Shown here: positions 13,001-25,079 of the stretch, one piece after another | Position numbering within the stretch: position 1 is the first letter of the stretch | How the letters are laid out: the number at the start of each line of letters is the position of its first letter | Assembly: GCA_029953675.1 (NCBI GenBank) | Contig: JAMWBK010000011.1 | Coordinates: 1,378,051 to 1,442,050 of the forward strand | DNA from: Rhodosorus marinus CCMP1338 | Lineage: Eukaryota; Plantae; Rhodophyta | Direction of reading: 5' to 3' | DNA length: 64,000 nucleotides | Made by a program: the position numbers and the translations under genes | Notes under the pieces: model-generated | What the model was told of the DNA's origin: nothing | The model's input: only the letters and a program-made list of their open reading frames with translations | Database searches by the model: none

Positions 13001-13961
13001 GAAAGAAATCAGCTGCTTCTTCATTGCTAAGGGCCCCATCTGCTTCTCCTCCGACAACAACGCTCGAGTAAATCTGTACGGTTCCTGCATGTCCACCAGG
13101 TCCACCTCTTCCTCCTTGTCCCGCCTGACCACCCGACATCGGATAACCGGGCTGATAGTACACACATTTCTTCTTGGGTCCGTTCTTGGTACCTGTAGGA
13201 CACTCCTTACACCAAGAATCTTTGCATTTCCCAGCCACCCAGTTTTTCTTCTTGCCGCACTCGACTCCATCGATCGGCTTCTGTGCATTACCTCCGTCTC
13301 CACCATATCCACCGGTACTACCGTCGCTCCCATCAGTTCTTATGGTCATGGTATATCCTCCCTCGATTAGGCCCTCGATGTTCATGTACTTGGCGACCAT
13401 GATGAAGCTTCCCCCCTGGTTGCCCGGACTGCCAATGGCTCCCGTACCTCCCGGTTTACCCTTTTTACCATGGCGATTCACGTTGACATCCTTCGTTCTC
13501 ACCACAGGATCGGGGGTCTTCGGCGTGTCTGGCGCGATCGGTGGAGGTACCGTGACCTCCGTTGCCTTCAGGTTGATCTCAAAATCTCCATCGCTCTGAA
13601 TCTCAATGATATTCGCGACAATCGTCACGTTCGTACCCCGCATCTCAGCAGCCACCCCTGCCGCGCCCTTGATCAGAACGTAGTACGCGTATACTATGAT
13701 ATCCTGCTCAGTTCCAAACAACTTTGTCGTGCCCGTGCTATTCGACGTGAAGTCCATCGTGTAGAAGAACGGTGCATAGATTGCAAACGTTCCGCTCTCA
13801 TCACCGTCCACGTATCCAGAACTCACATCCTGAGCCATCAAACACGTGGTATTGGAGAATCCCCATCCATCACACACGCTCACGTCATCAGCACTCACTC
13901 CTCCGAAGCAGAGGAGCATCGCGAAGGTCATAGACCCAACCACCGCAAACGTTCGCTTCAT
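10031..13961 (-). CDS. Large secreted protein: signal peptide, Gly-rich repeats, long helical/coiled-coil region, beta domain, PT linker. Split by one frameshift or a short intron near 13000-13070
   Basis: ORF 12993..13961 starts with a signal-peptide-like MKRTFAVVGSMTFAMLLCFGGVSA and has GGxGG repeats that continue in ORF 10031..13333 (GRGGPGGKPGEPGIGG). GT..AG intervals of 40, 49 or 67 nt would restore the frame. Confidence 0.75.
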
Positions 13962-14121
13962 CTCGTAGGTAGGTACTTACAAATCGCGCGGGGTAGTATT
14001 TCCATCTCTCGCTCTGGCTTGTTGCCCACCGGCATCCCAACTACTTTTCACTTGGCTTATATAGGTTGTCAACCACCCTGTAGGGGCTATGCAAGTTGGT
14101 TTGGTGCTTCACTGGTAAAAA

Positions 14122-16560
14122 GCTATCCGTGAAGTCCCAGTAAGAAGCAGTTAAGGGAAAGTTCCACAGCAAAACGTTGACACGAGGCAGAAAGCGTTAG
14201 TCTGGATTTCGCTAGGTCTTCTTCTTCCAACCGTAAGCTTTACTGACAACACAGCTGCCTACCACAGACTTCTAGGAGTCAACACGAGCTTGATTATCCC
14301 TGTTTTGTTCAACCCGCGTTTCAAAATATGGTTTTCTGGAAGCAACTGGGGTTACGTTAGTCTGGGGTAACCCCTCACTTTTCCTCTTGGAACCACTCCC
14401 TGGACAACAACTCAGCACTCTAAAAATGCTCATGCAAATCGCCTTTCTATATGGAACGATAGAGCGCCTATGGAAAGTGCTGTTCTTGATAAACTTGCAA
14501 AACTCAGGATAATCGGCGAAGACCGCGTTTCAATGCTTTTCTGGAAGCAACTGCCAGCAAAACCACCACCACCAGCAAAAACCAGTTCAGGGGAAATTTC
14601 CATAGAAATTTCTTGGCGCGAGGCAAAGAGCATTCCGCGAATCATCAACACAAGGCCGACTACCCCTGCTTCGTTCAACTATCGCTTCAAAATTTGCTTT
14701 TATGAAAGCAACCGGCCCGGAATTGTCTTTGAAGTTTTACAGTAATCTTTTCACAATCGTTTGAATGACTATATCCGACCTGATCAAGTTCGAGCGCATC
14801 AAGGCAACTAACATATTCCAGGACAGGAGGTTGTTTCCGTATTAATTCCTTCACCGTTAAACCATACATATAAACCGCCCCTCAGAAGATTTCGTGAACA
14901 GCCAAATGTTAGAAGATGACGTCAATGCATGTCGAATGTTCCCGTAATAGGTCTACCTGTAGGCCAGAGACTAATTGTGGAGTTAGCCATGGATATCCGT
15001 GAAGTCCCAGTAAGAAGCAGTTAAGGGAAACTTCCACAGCAAAACATTGACACGAGGCAGAAAGCGTACATTTCGCTAGGTCTTCTTCTTGCAACCGCAA
15101 GCTTTACTGGGCAAGCTGCGCACCACAGACTTCTAGGTGTCAACACGAGCTTGATTATCCCTGTTTCGCTCAACCCGCTTTTCAAAATATGCTTTTCTGG
15201 AAGCGACTGCTAGCAAAACCGCTACCACCACCAGCAATAACCAGTTGAGGGAAAATTTCCATAGAAACTTCTTGGCACGAGACAAAGAGCATTCCGCGAG
15301 GCCTTCTTCCACGAATCATCAACACAAGGCCGACTAACCCCGCTTCGTTCAACTGGACTTTACTAGCAACTGAATGAATGGTTACTAACGCTTAAAATTT
15401 TGCTTTTTTGAAAGCAACCGGCACGGGATTGTCTTCGAAGTTTTACAGTAATCTACTCACAATCGTTTGAATGACTATATCCGACCTATCAAGTTCGAGT
15501 GCTCAAGGCAAGTAACGGACAAATGGTGGTTTCTCTATAATATTAAACCATTCGTATTAATTCCTGTCAGCAAATGACATCAATACATGTGGAGTGTTCC
15601 CTTCATAGGTCTACCTGTAAGCTAGAGACTAAGTGTGAAGTTAGCCATGCAGACACGTCAGGCCAGACCGGGGGGTCGATGATAGCTGAGTGTGAGCAAG
15701 GAAAGCAGTATCAGAAATATTGAACATACGTATCAGCATAGGGCGGACACTACCATATTCTACTTAATTATGGATTGCGAGTGGCTAACAAGCCAGTACC
15801 TAGTCTAGAAAAGGTACTTGCGTGACCTAGACTAAGAAAATAAAATAGGCTACGTTAGCGTAGAATATTAGAAGGCGAAAGATTGCTGAAAGGTTATGAG
15901 CCCAGCTTACTGACTACGGCGGGTAGAGAAACGGAGTAATCGGTATTGTTGGAATTGTCGGAAGGAGAAGTTGGAGACCGATTGATCCTACAGGCATTCA
16001 TGAAGTACCCGCAACTTGAATCGCACGAAGGATATCGGTTGTGGACAATGCATGTAAGGGCGCGGCTAGGGGCATGTCGGTTGACGACGCTGGTATTCCG
16101 AGACGACGATGCGGAAGTGGACCCCCACCGACTCACCCTCGTGGGAGCTTGTATTTAGCTTACGCTTGGGGGGGTGCAACAGTTGATGGTTGCGGACGAA
16201 AGCGATCCCAAAGTGATTTGGGAAAGGTTCGAGAAAGTATACACCAACCGATGGAGAAGGAACAAGGTCTACCTGCAAGCCAGAGACTAATTGTGGAGTT
16301 AGCCATGGAGACGTCTGGCCGGACCGGAGGGGGGGTCCATGATGGCTGAATGAGAGCGAGAACAACAATGTCAGAAATATTGATTATATGAATCAGCATG
16401 GAGCGGACAAAACCATATTTTACTTAATTATGGATTATGGGTGGCTAACAAGCCAGTGCCGAGTCTAGAAAAGGTACCTGCGGTGACCTAGACCAGGAAT
16501 ATAAATAGGCTAGGCAGAGTAGAATATGAGAAGGCGGAAGTGATAATATAGACGAGGGAG
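14122..16560. repeat. Patchwork of local segmental duplications with decayed coding remnants
   Basis: 14122-14347 matches 14995-15210; 14540-14820 matches 15195-15520; 15610-15900 matches 16270-16560. Confidence 0.75.
14346..14368 (+). repeat. Interstitial telomere tract
   Basis: CTGGGGTTACGTTAGTCTGGGGT, placed where the paralogous copy continues CTGCCAGC. Confidence 0.9.
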
Positions 16561-17154
16561 AATAATAGGAATGTGCCCAAGGGGTTGCAGAGTGAAGGCG
16601 CACATGGTTAGCACCAAAAATGGCGAAATATGGGAAACTCCTGAAAAAAATCTGCACAGTCCAATTCTCACAGAAATCCATCAATTAGCCACCTTCTCAG
16701 TCTGGACTCCCCGGAGGCCCCCCAGGCCCCCCGCGGAGAGGTGTGGCAGAGAAGGGATGTCCCCCCGATCTCCACAAAACTTCGCAACCTCTGTGCACAA
16801 GGTCCGCATCGACTCGAACATCCCGGGAAAACCGGTCACCGTCAGCGCGGGGTCAAAACATCAGTCCCCTGAAAATTTCCGTATGCCCCACCAAAATTAT
16901 GTTTCAACAACTCAACAGGCTAAAAATAGTCATGCAAATCGCCTTTCCATAATAGTGGTTCGTTCCATATTAGTGAATTGTTGAATCGGGGACTAAAATA
17001 TATACATTTTTCTATAAGAGACACATCAGCACGGAATATTTGTCATTCCATTCCATACATATCGGCGCGAGAATCAACGTATGGAAGGCAAGGTGACCCT
17101 AGTTAACCCCAGTCCAGTCCGAGTCCAGTGAACCGCGAGCGCCCTGACTGTGTT

Positions 17155-17437
17155 CAAACTGCGTCTACCCGCCTGAGTTTCCAGCTGTGGTGCATGAACG
17201 CTGCTTTGATGTCATATGAGGGGCCTTTGTCTTCCCCAGGAGGTCGTGCTTCGTGACTAGCACATCGCTTGGTACCCCTGATCTTTGAGTGCTTTGGGTT
17301 TATGGACTCCGCTGGCTCTCGCGGGCTTCCGCGAGCGCTCTGACCGTCTTCAATCTTTGTTTACCCGTTTGAGTTTCCTGCTGTGGCGCATGAACGCTGC
17401 TTTGATCTTGGAAGCGCGCCATCTTCGCTGCGCTTAG
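17155..17437 (+). mobile_element. Rearranged D-group 3' fragments
   Basis: Matches 44950-45183 (GCACATCGCTTGGTACCCCTGATC, TGGCGCATGAACGCTGCTTTGAT). Confidence 0.8.
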
Positions 17438-17574
17438 TGGTTTTCCTGATGCTGGAGACGCGCGATATTCATCATCATCATTCATTCAGGGCCTAACTAC
17501 CCTCAGAAGCGGGAAACAAAACCCTTTTGGCGCGCGTCCAGGCCCTAATTTCCCTCTCGTAGGACACCCATCCC

Positions 17575-18011
17575 AGGGTTATTTGCGGCGGAGCCAAGAT
17601 GATAGCGGATACGCGGCGAGAGCTGCGGAGAAGTGGAAAATCGCTCACTACAAGGAAGCGATGGTGATCGAGAAACCGGATGACAAGTTCATCCCGATAG
17701 CGTTAGAGACGTTTGGGCGTACGGGGCAAATGGCACAAGAGTTCCTCCGCGACAGCTGCAAACACCTACTGCACAGGAGTGAGGAGCTGAGAGACGTGAG
17801 ATCCCAGATAAACCGGCAACTATGGCGAGGTAACGCAGAGACAGCAATAGGCGCTTTGCGCGTGGACCAGCTGGAGAATCCGCTGGTTCCTGTTTTTTCT
17901 TTTGAACGTAGCATGAGACCCCGGTAGCGGGGTTCCAGTAAGTTTTTCCCTAGATAGGATTAGACGTAGTGTTGCGCTGCAGCAGGCAGCTGCCCAGTAA
18001 AGCTTACGTTA
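17575..18011 (+). mobile_element. T2 3' fragment
   Basis: ORF 17583..17927 ends ...PVFSFERSMRPR. The 3' UTR is followed by a variant telomere tract at 18008-18026. Confidence 0.9.
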
Positions 18012-18026
18012 CGTTGGTCTGGGGTT

Positions 18027-18103
18027 CGGCCTGACTTTCTAGCCCGACACCCACGAACAGGCAAGCTCTACGTGATCGATGTGAATCTGGGGTTACGTTA
18101 GTC
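18027..18103 (+). mobile_element. T6 internal fragment followed by a telomere tract
   Basis: 18027-18085 matches ~63050-63110; TCTGGGGTTACGTTAGTC follows at 18086-18103. Confidence 0.8.
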
Positions 18104-19813
18104 AAGGCCAAATGCACGCTCTACGGCCGAGCCTTGACGACGGCGCGAGTCATCAATCGCGAGATACCTGGCATACATGTCACCCGAGAAGGCGTCACTA
18201 TCCATTCGATCCCGATGGGAAACCGGGAATATATCGAGCACGAGTGCCGTGCGCTTCAAAATAAGCACGAAAAAGCTCATCAAGGAATCAAGGAAATAGC
18301 ACAGCCACCGCAACAGGAACTTAACGCACAGGTCGCATTGTTCAGGTACTGCGCGGAAACGCGGCTAGATTACCTGCTACGATGCCTAGCCTACCCGTTC
18401 GGCCGCAGTCTGGCACGGGAGGCGGACACCATGACGAGATATAATCTGGAAACCTTGCTCGGAGGCCTCGCTACCTACCTCTGGCATGGAGGACGAGGAG
18501 CACCTGGGACACATCTTGGAACATATTGCGCTGCCTTGCTGGTTGGGGGGGATTTGGGTTCGCTCCTCGACGGCGTATCCAACCTATTGCTTACTACTCG
18601 GCATGGACAAATACCTTTCGAAGCAATACAGGGGACTGGCCTCACATTGCTGAGCTGCAGAGGCAGGTCTATACAGACAGAACTCCGGCTACGAACAGCG
18701 CGACACGACTAAAATGGTCCACAGAACACCTCGCAGACCAGATACAATCATCTGCTCGAGCGATACAACGCAGGCTGCGGCCCGAAACTCCGCCGCGGAT
18801 CAGGAGACTGGCCACCCTGCAGCAGACGAGGGAAAACGCCCCAGAAAACTGTGGCGATTGGAATAATGGTTCTACACAACAAACTCTCTCTCGGGAGGCA
18901 CACCATTCAGCATTCCAACGCCTGGTTAGCAATCCGCGCATCTCTGGCGAACATCGCGCTCGAATCAGGTCGGCGGCGGGCTCTGGATCGGGAGTCTGGC
19001 TGCGCGAACTGCCGACGTTGGAGCCGAAAAAGCTGAGCTCGATCGAAATGCAGGTGAATATCCGACAACTACTGGGGCTACCGATTCCAGGGCTGCGAAC
19101 TACGGAAAAATGTACTCTATGCCGTGGTAAACACGGAGCAAATGGAGTACAACGCTTTCATCATTGCCCCACGTCGACGGGGCTGTGGCAACGTAGGCAT
19201 GACGAGATATGCACGGAGATCGCAAGGTCGCTGAACCGGTGGAACTTTGTGGACATCGAGCAGGAGCCAGAGAAATATTTTGAAAATTACGCGCTACGGC
19301 CAGACATCATTGCTACGCATCCGAGGACATTGCAACGGTATGCGCTGGACGTGACGGTTGTGTCTCCTTTGTAGGGGAAGTATCTGAGGCGTAGTCAGGA
19401 GGAGAGTGGATATGCAGCAAGATGTGCAGAGAGGTGGAAGAAAGCGTACTACAAGGAGGCGATGACGCTAGAACACCCAGATGACAAGTTCATCCCAATT
19501 GCAATAGAAAAATTTGGGCGGACTGGACCGATGGCACAGGAGTTTCTGCGGGACAGCTGCAAGCATTTGTTGCACCGGAGCCTAGAACTGAGCGATATAA
19601 GATCGCAGATAAACCGGCAACTTTGGCGAGGTAATGCGGAGATAGCGCTAGGCGCTTTGCGCTTGGACCAGTTGGAGAATCCACTGGTGCCTGTTTTTTC
19701 TTTAGAACGTAGCATGAGACCCCGGTAGCGGGGTTGGAGTAAGCATTCCCCTAGATAGCGATAAAGTAGTGTTACGCTGCAGTAGGCAGCTGCCCAGTAA
19801 AGCTTACGGTTAC
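18104..19813 (+). mobile_element. 5'-truncated T3 element (relative of T1/T2), frameshifted
   Basis: ORFs 18134..18712, 18526..19374 and 19462..19728 are homologous to T1 ORF2; ends GCTTACGGTTAC plus GTTAGTCT. Confidence 0.9.
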
Positions 19814-19821
19814 GTTAGTCT

Positions 19822-20190
19822 TTATAAGGAAGTGCTGAGGGGGCAAAACCGAGATGTGGTTCTTGTGCCGTTCATTTTTGAGACTTTTGGTCGAATGGGC
19901 CAGGCAAGCCTTGAATTTCTTCGAACGGCGAGCGCGCACCTGCATGATCGTGACTCCCATCTATCGTTGGTGAGGGGTCAACTAAACCGCATTTTGTGGC
20001 AGCACAATGCTGCGCTAGTTGAGCACGCGATCTAGAAAGATCGCGCAGATAGACCGATATTTCCCCTAAGTAGAATTTAGATGAGACTCCTGGACAGGGA
20101 GTCCAGGTTTGGTTAGTGCGTACGTAGTGATCGTGTGATGCGCTACACTAGGTAGCTGCCCAATAAAGGCTACGGGGTTACGTTAGTCTG
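19822..20190 (+). mobile_element. T5 3' fragment plus telomere tract
   Basis: Near-identical to the reverse complement of 53670-54030; ends GGCTACGGGGTTAC GTTAGTCTG. Confidence 0.9.
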
Positions 20191-22983
20191 TGGTTTGCGC
20201 AAGGTTGCAACGCAATGGACTCTTCACGCGGTTATGGACAGGGTGCGTGAGCTCCTGGTGCCCTTACAACTGGGTATTGGAGTAAGTGGCGGGTGCGAAC
20301 GCTCACTTCACAGGATCCAGGCCCATTTGTCATGCGAACCCGATTCGGTGGTCCTTCGGCTAGACCTGGAGACTGCCTTTAATCGCATCGACCGACGACT
20401 TGCCAAGCAACTGGTGGACGAGCACTTCCCGGAGCTTGCACCACTGTATAGACTTGGCTATGGAAGCGACAACGCGGACTCACCGACGCTCTGTGGCTGG
20501 CGATCTTCCCCTGGACAGAACGAAACCGACACCTCTCGCCCGACTCTGCAAGCAGCTACAGGAGTCCAAAGGGAGATCCACTGGGGCCGGTGCTACATGC
20601 ACTATCCCTGGCGCCCTTTCTAAGAGCGTTGCGAGGTTGCGAGCCAAGTTCCCCAACGAAACGATTGTTGCTATCCACAACGATATCACGATTGTCGGGT
20701 CGCTACAAGCCTTGAAGGCATCCCTGGCATGGGCAAAAACTGTGCTCCCCTCTCTTGGAGCACGCCTGCAACTCGGCAAGTGCACTGTGTACGGGCGAAC
20801 ACTGAATACCACGCGAGTGGTCAACCATGAGATTCCTGGAGTCCAAGTGACCAGAGACGGAGTCACCATCCACTCGATACCGATAGGCAGCCGAGAAAAT
20901 ATCGAACAGGAGTGCCGGGGGCTGCAAAATAAGCATGAGAAACTCTTTGAGGAAATTGCCAAGATCCCTTAACCGGAGCTTGCGACGCAAATTGCCCTCT
21001 TCAGGTTCTGTGCAGAAACGCGACTAGACTATGTGCTACGATGCCTCGCATACGAGTTTGGAAGAAATCTGGCACGCGAGGCCGACGTGATGACCAGATA
21101 TCACCTGGAAATTCTATTCGGAGGCCTCGCTACGACAGCTGGGGTGAAACTCTTTGAGGAAATTGCCAAGCTCCCACAACCGGAGCTTACGACGCAAATT
21201 GCCCTCTTCAGGTTCTGTGCGGAAACGCGGCTAGACTATGTTCTACGATGCCTCGCATACGAGTTTGGAAGAACTCTGGCACGCGAGGCGGATGTGATGA
21301 CCAGGTATCATCTGGAAATTCTATTCGGAGGCCTCGCTACGACAGCTGTAGAGGACGACGAGTACGCAGAGCTGATCTCCGACCAAATCGCTCTGCCCTG
21401 CGGCTGGGGGGGGGGTTGGGTTTCGCTACTCGAAAGCGCGTCCAACCCATCGCGTTTTACTCGTCATGGAGAAACACCTTCCGGAACAATGAAGATGAAT
21501 GGCCATACCTGACTGAACTAGAGCGGGAGGTTTCGGCAGAACGCTCACCAGACACATACGAGCCGACGGAGCAACGATGGTCGACTGCACAGCTGGCGGA
21601 CCAGATCTGTGCATCGTCGCGAGCAATACAACGGAGGCTCGGACCAGAAACCCCGCCGCGGATCTTGGCATTGACTACACTGCAACAACCACGCGAATCA
21701 CCTCTTCGAAACGCACCGGGCGAGACTGCAGCTTGGAATAATGGTTCAATACAACAAACCCTCTCTCGAGAGGCACACCATTGTGACCAAATACGCGGGG
21801 GCTTTGTCTTCCCCTGGTGTTCGTGCTTCGGCACTAGCACATCGCTTGGTACCCCTGATCATTGAGTGCTTTGGGTTCATGGACTCTGTTGGTTCTCGCT
21901 GGCTTCGGGAGTTGTTCCGCGAACGCCCTGACCGTCTTCAATCGTTGTTTACCCGCTTAAGTTTCCTGCTGTGGCGCATGAATGCCGCTTTGATGTTGGA
22001 GGCGCGAGTTCTTCGCCGCACTTAGTCTTTTTTTCCCCTCGGGGTTTTTTCTTTCAGCCTCCGATTAAACCATTCGTCGTCGATTGTGCATTCCAAAGGT
22101 TGGTCACCAACCCACGAATCTCCCCTGAAAACCGAGCTCGAATACGGTCCGCCGCGGGATCCGGGTCGGGAGTCTGGCTGCGTGAAATACCAACGCTGAC
22201 ACCGAAAAAATTGAGTGCGGTTGAGATGCAGGTAAACGTTCGACAACTGCTGGGGCTGCCAATGCCGGGATTACGGACCACCGAGAAGTGCACTAGTTGC
22301 CAGAGTAAACACGGAGGGACTGGGGTACAACGGTTTCATCACGGCCCAACATCAACTGGACTGTGGCAACGTAGACACGACGAAATCTGCAGAGAGATGG
22401 CACGGTGGCTGAGGCGATGGAACTTCATGGACGTAGAGCAAGCGTACTTCGAGAACTACGGACTGCGACCTGATATCATTGCGAGGCATCCGAGGACCAA
22501 ACAAAGGTATGCGCTGGATCTGACGGTGGTGTCACCATTACAGGGAAAATATTTGCGGCGGAGCCAAGATGATAGCGGATACGCGGCGAGAGCTGCGGAG
22601 AAGTGGAAAATCGCTCACTACAAGGAAGCGATGGTGATCGAGAAACCGGATGACAAGTTCATCCCGATAGCGATAGAAACGTTTGGGCGTACGGGGCAAA
22701 TGGCACAAGAGTTCCTCCGCGACAGCTGCAAACACCTACTGCACAGGAGTGAGGAGCTGAGAGACGTGAGATCCCAGATAAACCGGCAACTATGGCGAGG
22801 TAACGCAGAGATAGCATTAGGCGCTTTGCGCGTGGACCAGCTGGAGAACCCGCTGGTGCCTGTTTTTTCTTTTGAACGTAGCATGAGACCCCGGTAGCGG
22901 GGTTCCAGTAAGTTTTTCCCTAGATAGGATTAGACGTAGTGTTGCGCTGCAGTAGGCAGCTGCCCAGTAAAGCTTACCGTTAC
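20191..22983 (+). mobile_element. 5'-truncated T2 element with an internal duplication and a nested D insertion
   Basis: RT (LDLETAFNRIDR) through the RLE C-terminus (ORF 21971..22897); duplicated segment at ~20940-21350. Confidence 0.9.
21786..22082 (+). mobile_element. D-group 3' insertion (297 bp) with 6-bp TSD
   Basis: ATTGTG at 21780-21785 and 22083-22088; the uninterrupted T2 site reads CACCATTGTGCATTCC at ~7757. Confidence 0.9.
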
Positions 22984-22984
22984 G

Positions 22985-23419
22985 ACTGCTTAGCCATGAC
23001 ATCCCTGGCGTCACGGCAACGCGAGACGGAGTTACCATCCATTCCATTCCGAGTGGAACACGGGCTTACATCCAAAGCGAGTGCCGGAAAATACAAAACA
23101 ACCACGAGAAGCTATTCAAGGAGATAATGCACCTGCCCCCTGATGAACTGAATACGAAACTGGCACTCTTCCGGTATTGTTCTGAACCCCGCCTAGACTA
23201 CTTTCTACGCAGCCTCGCCTACCCCTTTGGAAGAACACTTGCACGGGAAGCGGACGCCCTGACGCGTTATCACCTCGATACGCTATCTGGAGGCCTCACT
23301 ACTACGGACACCGAGGACCCTGACTACGAAAACTCTACACAAGCCCAGATCGCACTCCCCTGTTGATGGGGAGGACTGGGATTCGCTACGAGACAACGGA
23401 TCCAGCCCATCGCCTTCTA
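22985..23419 (+). mobile_element. T-group internal RT fragment
   Basis: KLALFRYCSEPRLDYFLRSLAYPFGRTLAREAD in ORF 23127..23366. Confidence 0.8.
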
Positions 23420-23420
23420 C

Positions 23421-25070
23421 TGGACTTTACTGGACTTTACTAGCATAGCCTGAAGCGCTACGCAAGGCGTGAAGATGAACTAATAACTAGGGAGGGAAGC
23501 ATGCAACCCCAGGCGCCGATGGCGCGCCTCGGAACGCATGTCGCTGGAATATCGCCAAAGGGAGACACTTAAACGCCTCACGAGCGCCAAATATTCAGTA
23601 GGATGCTCAGCAAAACATTTCCGCAACCACTATAAACCCGACTTATCCACGTGACCAAAGCTTTCCACAATGAATGGCTGGAACCGGTGAGAGCGACCCT
23701 CAGCGCAAGGCAGACTGGCCATGCTCTCAGCATAATGTCGTTCCTTAACTCTTCGAAGGGCTGAAGTCGCGGCCCCCCGGCGGCGGGAGGCTGCGGTGAG
23801 GTGGGCGCTGGCCACGGGGCAGGTAATCGCAAGGTCCACATATGTTGAGCGTCTGGCAGCAGCGTCGGAGACGAGGAGATCGGCTATACAACGGGGCGGT
23901 GCAGAATCCGAGATTAATCTGGGCACTTCCGACTCAACCTCAACCGTATGCCCTATCCGAGTCAAAAATTCGCTGAGGATGTACTTGAGGCGAGTGTGAC
24001 GCCTCGTACGGAGACCTCTCAACAGTCCGCAGGAACCCAGGAAGTGGTAGCCACAAGCGTCAATCCGGCTCTCACATCCCTGACAGAAAGACGGCCGATT
24101 AGAGTGCCACGGAGCCTGTGGCAAATCGAGATAGATCCGTGCGGCAGAACGGAACTGGAAAGCATCGAGACGATGAATTAATGACGAAGGTAGAGTGGTT
24201 AACCACAAGTGCGAGAGGTGGCCTCCCATGCCGCGGAGACGAGCGGCAGGGGTAGGCGGCGTGAGAGGAGAATTGAGCATGACTGTGTGAGCGGCACTGT
24301 GTTGGCCCCAGGTGAGGCTATGTTGAATCACATCAGTGCGGGAGCTCCACAATCGGCTCAAATCCGGGCAGTCTGCAACAGGTGACCCGGGGCTAGCTCT
24401 CCGTCATCGGCAAGAACTCGGTCGAGGGGAGAATCCTCAATCGCTTCAGCTCGTCCCCGTAACAGCTGAAGGGCATGTACTCGCGAGGTCAACATATGCG
24501 GAGCGTCTGGCGGCAGCATCGGAGACGAGGAGATATAACCACATGCATCGATCCGACCCTCAAATCCCTGACAGAAAGACGGCCGATTAGAGTGCCACGG
24601 AGCTTGTGACGATCCCAGATAAATCCGTGCGGCGGAACGAAACTGGAAGGCATCCAGACGGTGACCCAGTGATGACGGCAGGGTCGTTAACCACAAATGT
24701 GATAGATGGCCTCCCATGCCGCGGAGGCGAGCGGCGGTGGTACGCGGTGTGAGGGGAGAGTTGAGCAAGATTGCGTGAACGGCACTGTGTTGGCCCCAGG
24801 TGAGGCTATGTTGAATCACATCAGTGCGCGAGCTCCACAATCGGCTCAGACCCGGGTAATCGGCAACCGGTGCCCCGGGGCTGGCTTCCCCCTCGTCGGC
24901 GAGTACTCTGTCGATGGGAGAGTCCTCGATTGCCTCTGTTTGTCCCCATGACAGCTCCTTCCAGCAGAGAAATCTAGGATCGGCTCTCGTCCGGCACTGC
25001 GTTGCACTTACTGAACGCCTGTTGCAGAGCATCATAGACACTCAAAAGCGATGGCGGAAGGGTCACGGGC
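23421..25070 (-). mobile_element. C-group elements: two subfamily pieces covering the zinc knuckle, RLE and 3' end
   Basis: ORFs 23630..24361 and 24358..25041 match 38503..39579; doubled (AGTAAAGTCC) tail at 23421-23442. Confidence 0.85.
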
Positions 25071-25079
25071 TCCTCGTTA

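Noticed and set aside
14057-14063. TATA boxes upstream of host genes (TATATAA minus strand here; TATAAC at ~31195; TATATTAA at ~51494)
   Set aside because: Positions are plausible, but such short AT motifs are too common to call without TSS data.
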